Shown: positions 47,958 to 56,438 of the stretch, in pieces | Position numbering within the stretch: the first letter of the stretch is position 1 | How the letters are laid out: each line of letters opens with the position of its first letter | DNA from: Lachnospiraceae bacterium | Lineage (GTDB): Bacteria; Bacillota; Clostridia; Lachnospirales; Lachnospiraceae | DNA: 64,000 nt | Direction: 5' to 3' | Assembly: GCA_014239155.1 (NCBI GenBank) | Contig: JAAZZQ010000050.1 | Location: forward strand, 22,284-86,283 | Translations under genes and position numbers: made by a program | Notes under the pieces: generated by a model | What the model saw: the letters and a program-made list of their open reading frames with translations, nothing else | What the model was told of the DNA's origin: nothing | The model's database searches: none

Positions 47958-48030
47958 AGGTGTGCAAATCTGTAATCTGTCAGCAAAGCTGATCCGCATG
48001 CCGTAACAAGAATACCGATGGCATTCTTGA
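47958..48030 (+). repeat. Copy 3 of the two-hairpin motif (family 1); lies upstream of, not inside, the DUF2975 operon promoter
   Basis: P1 is GGTGTGC (47959-65) with GCATGCC (47996-48002). P2 is TCAGC-AAA-GCTGA. P3 is AAGAATACC-GAT-GGCATTCTT, with one A-C mismatch. Confidence 0.6.
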
Positions 48031-48122
48031 ATCACCTGCACTGCATTCGCTAATACATCTATAAATATTTTTCTTTATTAATATTTATCATATAAAAATT
48101 AATGACAATCATATATAAATCA

Positions 48123-48151
48123 TTGACTTTTCACTATTTACCACATATAAT
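48123..48151 (+). promoter_or_regulatory. Near-consensus sigma-A promoter of the DUF2975/XRE operon
   Basis: TTGACT, a 17-nt spacer, then TATAAT, 24 nt before the GGAGG RBS region. Confidence 0.65.
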
Positions 48152-48174
48152 CAAACTATAGGAGGTAAGAAAAA

Positions 48175-48717
48175 ATGAAACCAAGCCAAATAAAACTAAA
48201 AAACACAAGTAAAAAAATTGTGGTTATCCTCAAACTAGGATTTATTGCATCCATTATTGTAATGGCGCTGGCACTCATTGCCATCGGTATTTTAATGTTT
48301 TCAAAAGAAGATGTAAAGTCCTCTTTTCTTGCAGCATTTGAAGTTACAGCGAATAATGGAACTACAATAAGCATTGCTCCGCAATCACTCCTCGTCATGT
48401 TTGTCTTTATGCTGATAGACACATTGCTTATATCAGCCATACTATTTATAATTCATGCTATTTTTAAGGATATCCAAAAAGGAAATTCTCCCTTTTTGGA
48501 TCAAAATACAACGCGGATTAAACGCATTGCAATAATAGCGATTATTTTGAGTATCGTGGGAAGTTCCTCTGACGCGTTGGTTGATTACTTTACCATTGGA
48601 GAATTAACCTGGAAAGTCAATATTATTGGATTGATAGCCAGTATTATTATTTATTGTATTGCTTTGATATTTCGCTATGGCTGTGATTTGCAGCAAGAAT
48701 CCGATGAAACTTTGTGA
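48175..48717 (+). CDS. DUF2975-like multi-TM membrane protein
   Basis: 180 aa with 4 TM. The classic pairing with a downstream YozG-like small XRE regulator supports the call. Confidence 0.65.
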   Translation: MKPSQIKLKNTSKKIVVILKLGFIASIIVMALALIAIGILMFSKEDVKSSFLAAFEVTANNGTTISIAPQSLLVMFVFMLIDTLLISAILFIIHAIFKDIQKGNSPFLDQNTTRIKRIAIIAIILSIVGSSSDALVDYFTIGELTWKVNIIGLIASIIIYCIALIFRYGCDLQQESDETL

Positions 48718-48726
48718 GGTGATATC

Positions 48727-48942
48727 ATGCCAATAATTATGAGATTAGACCGAGTCATGGCAGACAGAAAAATGTCATTAAAAGAGCTATCCGAAAAAGT
48801 AGGGGTTGCAAATGTTAATTTATCAAAAATAAAAACAGGAAAAATAAGTGCAATTCGCTTTTCAACCTTAGAGGCAATCTGTGATGTTCTTGATTGCCAG
48901 CCGGGAGACATTTTAGAATATAAAGGAGAAAAGGAAGATTAA
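48727..48942 (+). CDS. XRE-family HTH transcriptional regulator (YozG-like)
   Basis: 71 aa. LDRVMADRKMSLKELSEKVGVANVNLSKIKTGKISAIRFSTLEAICDVLDCQPGDIL. Confidence 0.85.
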   Translation: MPIIMRLDRVMADRKMSLKELSEKVGVANVNLSKIKTGKISAIRFSTLEAICDVLDCQPGDILEYKGEKED

Positions 48943-48943
48943 A

Positions 48944-49252
48944 ATGAAGTTTACAGGAGTTCTTTTTGCTGTTCTCTATGCGATTTTAATGATATTTGCA
49001 GTATATAATCAAAAGTCAAAAAGTGTTTCCTCTGCATTTATCGTAATTGGAAGCTTGTTAATTGGTATCTATGCGCTATTTAGTGTGATTGGGCATAGAA
49101 ATTTAATCATTTTTTTAATTGTTGGAATGATAGGCATTTCTATTGGTACACTGATAAATGGTTATAAACAAAATAACATTCACATTTACCACCATGTAAT
49201 TCGTCTTATCATTGAAACTATTATCATTGCCATTTGTTGGAAAAATAGATAA
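48944..49252 (+). CDS. Small membrane protein (3 TM), unknown function
   Basis: 102 aa, hydrophobic. Starts 2 nt after the XRE gene stop. Confidence 0.5.
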   Translation: MKFTGVLFAVLYAILMIFAVYNQKSKSVSSAFIVIGSLLIGIYALFSVIGHRNLIIFLIVGMIGISIGTLINGYKQNNIHIYHHVIRLIIETIIIAICWKNR

Positions 49253-49323
49253 AACATAAACAGCACACCATAAAGAAACAATATTCAATTTTTATATTGT
49301 TTCTTTTGCATTATGGATAATCA

Positions 49324-50325
49324 TTAAGTAAATTTCATTCTGGTATCTTCAATAAATTTTTTGCGTGACGGATTTCCCTCAACTCTAAAAATTTTTTTGT
49401 TTTTAATATCATAAATGACCGACCACACTGTATCTGCTCCCTTGTTTCTTTCATACTGGCACATAAAGCCATACTTGCCCGATAAAATATCTCTTGCCAG
49501 TTTAAAAGAAAAATTGTTTTTATTTTCCCTTAACGCATTATAAGCAACAGAATATCTTTCACTTGAATGCCAGTCATCTATGCTATTATACTCTGTCATT
49601 TTTTGAGAAACAAACCCGTTTGCCGCTACAACAAAACTATCATTTTCTGTCGGTTTTATTACCTCAACATGACAGCAATTACATTCTATAACAGCAAAAT
49701 TTCCAAAGTGATCCATAACGGTCAGCGTTTGCTGTGAAGCAATGGGAAGTGCATTTAGACTTGCTATCACTTCGTCAACAGTTCTGCACTTTTCTAATAA
49801 ATATCGTACCAACATACCAGCATTAAATCCTACACCCACAATCTTGGGATATATAAATGTAAGACCAACCGCTAGACCATGTTCATTGATCCCATCCTCC
49901 ATCTCTATAAAAGCAGTCGTATTTCCGTTAAATCCATATACTCCGTTTAGTTTATACAAACAATTCATATACAGTTTTTCCAACGCCACAAGAAAATCAC
50001 TGTTCCTGCCAAAAATAAGATTATCCTTATCCTTAAATGCAAAACAAGTACAATGATTACTAGCCTCAAAACAATACATACTTAACAAAAACGTATAAAA
50101 ATCTTCATATCTGGCTTTTTGCCCATCTGCCAACCCCTTGATTTCTTCTAAAATTTCAGGATAATATTTCTCATAAACAGGCAGACACTTTTTCGCAAAT
50201 ATTTTACCTTCCTCTGTTATCCCAGAGATAAAGTTTTGGTCTATATTTTTACCATTTTTATATAGCTGGTTTCCCCAATGATAGCCCGTTTCATAATGGC
50301 TTTTTCTAAATCTTCCATGATACAT
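49324..50325 (-). CDS. C45-family Ntn hydrolase / acyl-CoA:6-APA acyltransferase-like protein
   Basis: 333 aa. The pattern ...SNHCTCFAFKDKDNLIFGRNSDF is typical of C45/choloylglycine-hydrolase-like Ntn enzymes (Cys nucleophile). Confidence 0.72.
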   Translation of the reverse strand: MYHGRFRKSHYETGYHWGNQLYKNGKNIDQNFISGITEEGKIFAKKCLPVYEKYYPEILEEIKGLADGQKARYEDFYTFLLSMYCFEASNHCTCFAFKDKDNLIFGRNSDFLVALEKLYMNCLYKLNGVYGFNGNTTAFIEMEDGINEHGLAVGLTFIYPKIVGVGFNAGMLVRYLLEKCRTVDEVIASLNALPIASQQTLTVMDHFGNFAVIECNCCHVEVIKPTENDSFVVAANGFVSQKMTEYNSIDDWHSSERYSVAYNALRENKNNFSFKLARDILSGKYGFMCQYERNKGADTVWSVIYDIKNKKIFRVEGNPSRKKFIEDTRMKFT

Positions 50326-50420
50326 TTCCTATGTTCCTCCTACTATGTTTTGAGTAGATACCTGCTCTGACTAAATGCTAGCATAATAAAAAATTTAAGT
50401 CAACAAAATAAAATTAGTTA

Positions 50421-50603
50421 TTACACTCTGACAACTGGCATATAAACATACCCCGATTCGTATTCGGTCATATCAAATACCTCCAATTCCTGCACACCGT
50501 TAGAAACCATTTTAAAGCCGTGCGTTGGCATAAAGAAATCTTTTATATGCGCAAAGAGTTCCCAAATCCCGCACTGTTCCTTGCATATTGTTTGGCTGAT
50601 TGT
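50421..50603 (-). pseudogene. Possible C-terminal remnant of a GyrI-like effector-binding domain gene
   Basis: My translation is ..CGIWELFAHIKDFFMPTHGFKMVSNGVQELEVFDMTEYESGYVYMPVVRV*. An in-frame stop lies just upstream, and there is no start or RBS. Confidence 0.35.
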
Positions 50604-50707
50604 CTATCATTACCTATCACCGAACCATACGCACGACACTTTATGACAAACCAAAAATAAACACTCAAATTTATATCGTAAATGGGCAATACATATTCCG
50701 ACAATTA

Positions 50708-50760
50708 AAACATTATAACACAATATAAATCAGGCAAGAAGAACTGATTGAAATGCTTTC
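50708..50760 (+). repeat. Direct repeat copy A (family 4)
   Basis: AAACATTATAACACAA...AACTGATTGAAATGCTTTC. It shares a 16-nt and a 19-nt identical block with 55918-55970. Confidence 0.5.
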
Positions 50761-50923
50761 TTGATTGGCATATATAGGAGGTCTAAATTGTTACTTTACG
50801 CGGGTTATGAATGCGCATAAACTGCATATTCCGTGAAAGCATAAAAATAATTGCCTGTTTAAACAAACTATGACATAATGGTGTCATAGTTTACTTGCTA
50901 TACTGAGACGGAAAGGAGAAAAA

Positions 50924-51055
50924 ATGAAGATTGATCGACTTATGGGCATTATTGTTTATTTATTAAATAATGGTCGGACATCCGCGCAAAAACTTGCTGA
51001 CGAATTTGAAGTTTCTCCAAGAACAATCATGAGAGATTTGGAATCGTTAGATTAG
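50924..51055 (+). pseudogene. YafY/DeoR-type HTH regulator gene disrupted by an in-frame TAG and truncated
   Basis: MKIDRLMGIIVYLLNNGRTSAQKLADEFEVSPRTIMRDLESLD* is followed by AGIPIQS in the same frame, then similarity is lost. GGAAAGGAG RBS. An 11-bp perfect palindrome (AACTATGACA...TGTCATAGTT) lies upstream. Confidence 0.6.
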
Positions 51056-51418
51056 GCAGGCATTCCCATTCAATCTTTTTTAGGGGCACCAACCTTGAAG
51101 AACAGTATTTGACAGTCCGCAGGAGTGTCCGCTACAACGACGCCACCCATAGGCACGAAATCGACCTTATAAAAATGAAGAAAGTACGGATTGTTGATTT
51201 TTAGAATGCCCTCACTAATATCTTCAATATGCAAGGAAACAGTAGCTTAAAAACCATACACAATATGGTGGGCTTTATTACTACCAAAAGACAATATAAA
51301 ACATAAACCTACTGTTTTTGTAATTCAAATACTAAAAATAGTAGGTTCATGCTCTCTTGTAATAGAAATTATTACAATTTTTGTTATGATGTACTAGGGC
51401 GTGTCTGAAAAATCATTC

Positions 51419-52240
51419 CTATAAACAAATATCTACAGGGGTATATATTGTCAACTGTGATGATAAGGTTCTAACCATTGCCTTACCCTTTGAAACAGAA
51501 ATATTCGACTGTGTATTTCCATTTTTTGAATCTGACACTGTTTTTTCCTGTGCATCTGCATCAAACATCGTTTTGTCTAAATCTTCTTCTTTTGCACCTG
51601 TGGTTTTTGTGTCCTTTCCATTTGTCCTTTTATCCTTGTTGTCTGCTTTTGCTGCTTCCTTCATTGTGTTGTTTGCATCTGCCAGCGTAGAAAGCTGCGC
51701 TGTGGTCGCTGCCTGTGCTTTCTGCTCCACATCGGCAAGCTCTTCTTCCTTTTTCAGCGTACTATTGTTTCTGGATTGATCTAATTTGATTTCAGATTCC
51801 AAAACCCCAGCTCTTCCTTCCATTTTTCTTGCCGCACTGCCCTGCGCTTTTGCCTGTTTAATAGAATTGCCCGCAGAAATCATTGTTGTCATGCTCGTCT
51901 GTGAAAGTCCTGTTTGGATTTCTGTCTTTGTATCCTTTGTGTTCTCAGCATCGTCAAACGTATCATTCCTAGAAGAGTCTTTTGCTTGCTGTTTCTCCCT
52001 GCGCTGTTGCATCTGATATTGTCTTAACTGCAGATTCAAATTGTTAATTTGTTGTTGTATCTCCTGACGCTTCTTCATTTTTTCCTTTGGCGGTATATCC
52101 TCGTTAGAAGAAAGCTCCTGCAACTGCTTCTGTGCATTAACAATCTGATTCTGAATATTTCGGCTATAAGAATCTGTTGCCTGGTTTATGCCCACTTGCC
52201 CCACTTGTGTATTTGCTCCACTGATATTACTAATTGTCAT
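51419..52240 (-). CDS. FlxA-like glutamine/lysine-rich coiled-coil protein
   Basis: The start is set at MTISNISGANTQ (AAGGAGGG RBS). The block QKQLQELSSNEDIPPKEKMKKRQEIQQQINNLNLQLRQYQMQQ resembles the FlxA family. Confidence 0.55.
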   Translation of the reverse strand: MTISNISGANTQVGQVGINQATDSYSRNIQNQIVNAQKQLQELSSNEDIPPKEKMKKRQEIQQQINNLNLQLRQYQMQQRREKQQAKDSSRNDTFDDAENTKDTKTEIQTGLSQTSMTTMISAGNSIKQAKAQGSAARKMEGRAGVLESEIKLDQSRNNSTLKKEEELADVEQKAQAATTAQLSTLADANNTMKEAAKADNKDKRTNGKDTKTTGAKEEDLDKTMFDADAQEKTVSDSKNGNTQSNISVSKGKAMVRTLSSQLTIYTPVDICL

Positions 52241-52653
52241 TTTCTTAGCCCTCCTTAATATAAACTCCTCATTTTGTAACTCCAACGGGAATTTTTGTTT
52301 CTACAACTAGTGCTTCATCCAGTCAGAAATTAAAATTGTGGGCTGCATGTTTCGTGCCAGTACTAGGCGGAATTTCGACGGCGATGTGGTGGCATCGTTT
52401 AGAAATTTCAACGACACAATGGTGCAAAACAGGTAGTTCACAGCTCTGATTTCTGGCCGGATGGAATACTAGACCTATTTGTCTAAAGCGTGTTTCTAAC
52501 ATGCTCTAATTATTTTTTCGACTCTTTTACTTTGACAATAAACCGATATGCTGTGGAACAACCATTTTCTGTTGTAAACCCATACACAATCAATAATTCT
52601 ATCTTATATATCAAATCTATTTTCTAACAAGAGAGACATTTCCAAACTCTTCT

Positions 52654-54024
52654 TTACCGTTCCAACATCAACATAATACTAAGCCAAAACTCCCCGTTCT
52701 TCAAAACAATATCAATATCACCAGAATATTTTCTTGCCACCTTGCGAATATTAGCCAGTCCATATCCATGTCCATCTAGCTTTTCTTTTGATGTTATTGG
52801 CAGTTCATTTTCTGCATCCCACTGCAAATTTCCTGTAAAACTGTTGCATACCTCAATCATATAAGCGTTCTTTCTGCGGTAAGAACGAACGAATATATGT
52901 GGTTCTTTACTCTTTTCTGAATTTTCCAGTGCATTTCGCAGAGCATTGTTTAAAATCACACTAACGTCAAAAGCATTCACACCAGAGTCTATGGGATAAT
53001 GAAAGTCCATCTCAAAGCGAATCTTTCTTTTGGTAGCGCTGATCTGCATTTCTTGTAAAATTACATCAGTTACAGGATTTCCACTATTGATATTTCCTGT
53101 CATTTCTGCAAGTGCTGCCTTTAGCTCTATGGTATAAGATTTGGCTTCCTCTACTTTATTTCCAGCATAAAGCCTTTCTAAAGTAAGAATATGATTTGTC
53201 ATGTCATGCCGAATACTGCGGGTATTCTGATATAGATTTTCTACCTGTTCCATATGCTGCTTAATGCTGTCGATTTGTGCAGCAAGCAATCCATTCTGCA
53301 CTTTCTCCTCCTGCTGCGCCTTAATACCTTGATATAGCACAATAACTACCACAATCACAGTGACAGCTGCCACACAATAGAAAATTGCCAACACATCATA
53401 AATATCAGAAAACTTTCCATTTTCTGCGATATAAGAAGTGCGATAATACCACATGCTTTCAAATCCCAATACCCCCATAATTGAAGGCGCTATTAAAATA
53501 AGCAACTCTCTCGCAGAAAGGTCTATATACTTATATGCGCATTTTTTTGAAATACATCTTATGCTCACAGCCATAAACACAAAATACAATGCCAGCCAAA
53601 ACAGACACATTACAGCGTATACGGCAAACCATTGATTTTGATGTACCACCATATAATTTGTCTTTAAGATTGCATCATACGTTTTATCACGCAGAATATC
53701 CGTCATTGCATACGCAAACCAATGCAATGAGAAAAATACCACTGTTATAAATGCCTTCTGCCCATAATTTCTCCGCTCTAACAGACACATCACAGCAAAG
53801 GCAGCAAAAACCCCAAAACCATATGCTGCAAAATTAATAAAATGCATTGGTATTATATAAAGCACTCGCATGGAAAGAAAATATATCGCTCCTACGCTAA
53901 CTGCCCGCTTTTTACTTTGCATAAACGATTTTGCCAAAAGGAAAAAACAATAACCCCCGATCAGGGCTTCCACAATTGGCACTAGATACGATAATCGCAT
54001 CATATCCAGTTCATCATTTGTCAT
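52654..54024 (-). CDS. AgrC/HPK10-type membrane sensor histidine kinase (GHKL ATPase domain)
   Basis: 456 aa with 6-7 N-terminal TM. C-terminal block GHGYGLANIRKVARKYSGDIDI. Overlaps the LytTR regulator gene by 11 nt. Confidence 0.85.
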   Translation of the reverse strand: MTNDELDMMRLSYLVPIVEALIGGYCFFLLAKSFMQSKKRAVSVGAIYFLSMRVLYIIPMHFINFAAYGFGVFAAFAVMCLLERRNYGQKAFITVVFFSLHWFAYAMTDILRDKTYDAILKTNYMVVHQNQWFAVYAVMCLFWLALYFVFMAVSIRCISKKCAYKYIDLSARELLILIAPSIMGVLGFESMWYYRTSYIAENGKFSDIYDVLAIFYCVAAVTVIVVVIVLYQGIKAQQEEKVQNGLLAAQIDSIKQHMEQVENLYQNTRSIRHDMTNHILTLERLYAGNKVEEAKSYTIELKAALAEMTGNINSGNPVTDVILQEMQISATKRKIRFEMDFHYPIDSGVNAFDVSVILNNALRNALENSEKSKEPHIFVRSYRRKNAYMIEVCNSFTGNLQWDAENELPITSKEKLDGHGYGLANIRKVARKYSGDIDIVLKNGEFWLSIMLMLER

Positions 54025-54736
54025 TGTTGCTGTCCTTCCTCTGGTTGTAATGTAAATACTGCTTTACAAATTTCCTGTAATTCTGCTTTGCCATAAGTGC
54101 CTGTCCTCTTTCCAGATAAATTGTTGTGCCATCATATTTCCTAATATAATTAAAATTTACAAGATACGCCCTGTGAGAACGATAGAAATCCTCTCCAGCC
54201 TTTGCTTCTAATTCTTTGAGCTTTCCATAGTATTCAATATCTTCATTAATTGTATGCAGAATTACTTTCCGGTCGAACACCTCTGCATATATAATGTTCT
54301 GCGGATTGACTACAATATGTTTTCCTTCTGTAGTTATCATCAAACTTGGAGTCTCATTCCCTATCTCCTTATTTTTCCTGTCCGCAAGCTGTTCTACCGC
54401 ACTTTTTAACACCGCCTCAAATTTTGTATCCTCAAAGGGTTTCACCAGATAATGAAATGCTCCTACATCAAATGCCTGAAATACATAATCCCCAAAAGCC
54501 GTCACAAAAATTAAAATTGTATTTTTATGATTTTGGCGAAATGCTCTAGCTGTCTCCATCCCATCTTTTCCCGACATCTGAATATCAAGCAGCAAAAGGT
54601 CCATCTGGCAGTCTGATACAAGCAATTCTTCACCAGATTGATAGAACGATAGAACAGCTTCTGGGTAAATCCTTTGTATCTTTTCCGCAAGCATATCTCT
54701 AATTTCTTTTTCATCATCGCATATTGCTATGTGCAT
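54014..54736 (-). CDS. LytTR-family response regulator
   Basis: 240 aa. Receiver domain (DLLLLDIQM) plus a LytTR DNA-binding domain (FYRSHRAYLVNFNYIRKY). Confidence 0.9.
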   Translation of the reverse strand: MHIAICDDEKEIRDMLAEKIQRIYPEAVLSFYQSGEELLVSDCQMDLLLLDIQMSGKDGMETARAFRQNHKNTILIFVTAFGDYVFQAFDVGAFHYLVKPFEDTKFEAVLKSAVEQLADRKNKEIGNETPSLMITTEGKHIVVNPQNIIYAEVFDRKVILHTINEDIEYYGKLKELEAKAGEDFYRSHRAYLVNFNYIRKYDGTTIYLERGQALMAKQNYRKFVKQYLHYNQRKDSNNDK

Positions 54737-54892
54737 AGTCTCACTTCCTCTGTGCCATTGATTATGTAATATATCGGAAACTCAATAAAGTCATAATAAT
54801 AGTATGATGTAAAAAGGACTTTTTTTGTTGTAATCCGTTCTAATCTGCGCGCATCCTATCTTGTATGTATCGTTAACTGTTGTTTTCTAATT

Positions 54893-55336
54893 TCAACAGG
54901 GAAAGTCCGTTAGCACACCTCTGCGCTTTGCTTCTTCTAGCAGTTTTGGCTGAATCAAGGGATAAGTCCACCTTTCAGGAAATATATCTGTTATCTCAAT
55001 CTTCTCTATTTCACTATGTAACTCTGTTTCAAACGAATAAATATCAGCATAGAATAACATTCCAAAGTTTTCTTGTCCTTCAAAATTATTTGGAGCTGTG
55101 ACAGAATATACACATATTGGTTCTATATGAAATTCCAACGCGCCTGTTTCTTCATATAATTCCCGTTTTGCAGTATCTATAATATTTTCTCCGACTTCTC
55201 TATGTCCGCCAGGAATTTCCCATGTGTCCCTATCTTTATGTTTACAAAATACATAGTTTTTATTATTTTTTGCAATAATAACAGCAAATTTAAGCAGTTC
55301 ATCTTTTATACTATCATAAAATTTTACTACTAGCAT
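54893..55336 (-). CDS. NUDIX hydrolase
   Basis: Complete Nudix box GGHREVGENIIDTAKRELYEETG. Confidence 0.9.
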   Translation of the reverse strand: MLVVKFYDSIKDELLKFAVIIAKNNKNYVFCKHKDRDTWEIPGGHREVGENIIDTAKRELYEETGALEFHIEPICVYSVTAPNNFEGQENFGMLFYADIYSFETELHSEIEKIEITDIFPERWTYPLIQPKLLEEAKRRGVLTDFPC

Positions 55337-55363
55337 TTTATCTCTCCAAACTCCAACCCTTTG

Positions 55364-55711
55364 TCAGCCATCCATTGAAAAATACTGCAAATCCGAAAAC
55401 GAATCATCCAAAAATTCAAATGTAAAAATGTGCATTTCATCAAATGATTGTTCCAAATATGTCACCTGTCCATTGTCATAACAAATAACCGGCTTTCCTA
55501 ATTTCTTTTTTATCTCATCAATACTGAAATTGCCAAAAACCCTTGTAATATTAGGCAACATAAATTCAATAATTGCATCCAAATGTGAATCATAATTTTC
55601 TGATATTGTTTTTACCTGTTCCAAATAGTCATCTTCTGGCTCCTCATCCCAAGCAAAAATCAATCCATTATACTCAAATACAAATTGTTCCATATCTTCA
55701 CGAAATTTCAT
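55364..55711 (-). CDS. Hypothetical acidic protein (immunity-protein-like size and composition)
   Basis: The start is set at MKFREDMEQ (GAGGAGAAA RBS). No family recognised. Confidence 0.45.
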   Translation of the reverse strand: MKFREDMEQFVFEYNGLIFAWDEEPEDDYLEQVKTISENYDSHLDAIIEFMLPNITRVFGNFSIDEIKKKLGKPVICYDNGQVTYLEQSFDEMHIFTFEFLDDSFSDLQYFSMDG

Positions 55712-55917
55712 AATAGATTTCTCCTCAAATTCCAATTGTGATTTGATGATTTTAAGGGAAAATGAGCTGTTATAAAATGTTATTAAAAACTCCAATCCCT
55801 CTTGAAAACACTAAATTTATCGCAGGTGGTCTTTCCCTTATCATCTCCTTTGTACCATATCTTCCCATAGGGCGTTATAACCTTGATAATGGAAAAAATA
55901 AGAAAAACAAAATTATA

Positions 55918-55970
55918 TAAAACATTATAACACAAAATGAACGGGTATGACAAACTGATTGAAATGCTTT
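55918..55970 (+). repeat. Direct repeat copy B (family 4)
   Basis: AAACATTATAACACAAAATGAACGGGTATGACAAACTGATTGAAATGCTTTC. Confidence 0.5.
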
Positions 55971-56438
55971 CAAAAATTTAAAAAAGAAGACAAATAAAAA
56001 TGAACATTCTTTATGCAACATATAACATCAACCATAACAGCATTGATCTATATACTTATGATGGCTAGCTTTTACGCATAAAAGTGGAAGAAAGATTGAA
56101 AACAACACCATGTTCTGATTGTTACGTTATAATAATATAATAACGATCCCGCAGAATGACACAATAATAAAATACAAGTAATAAAGAGACAGATATATGG
56201 AAAGTGTAAATTTGATTTACTATGCTTGAAGACACGATGCTGATTCAACAAACTTGAGAAAGAACCAAAACTCATAGTTATATGTTACATCATTTTATTT
56301 AAAATCACCTTTAGCGTTTGCACCAAATATATAAAAATCCTATTCCTGCTTTGCAAAACACAAAAGTCATACTTTGTAAAATCCATGTAAATGCAGGCTC
56401 TTTTTAGAAAGCCTGCATTTTACATAAATTCTATTCTC

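Noticed and set aside
52500-52653. Small peptide ORFs (for example an 18-aa MGLQQKMVVPQHIGLLSK) as an AgrD-like autoinducer precursor downstream of the kinase
   Set aside because: No RBS, no amphipathic leader, no conserved Cys/Ser thiolactone context, and no AgrB-like gene nearby.
56072-56275. 67-aa minus-strand ORF in the 640-nt AT-rich gap
   Set aside because: No RBS and no recognisable similarity. It is probably non-coding, though the gap itself is unusually long.
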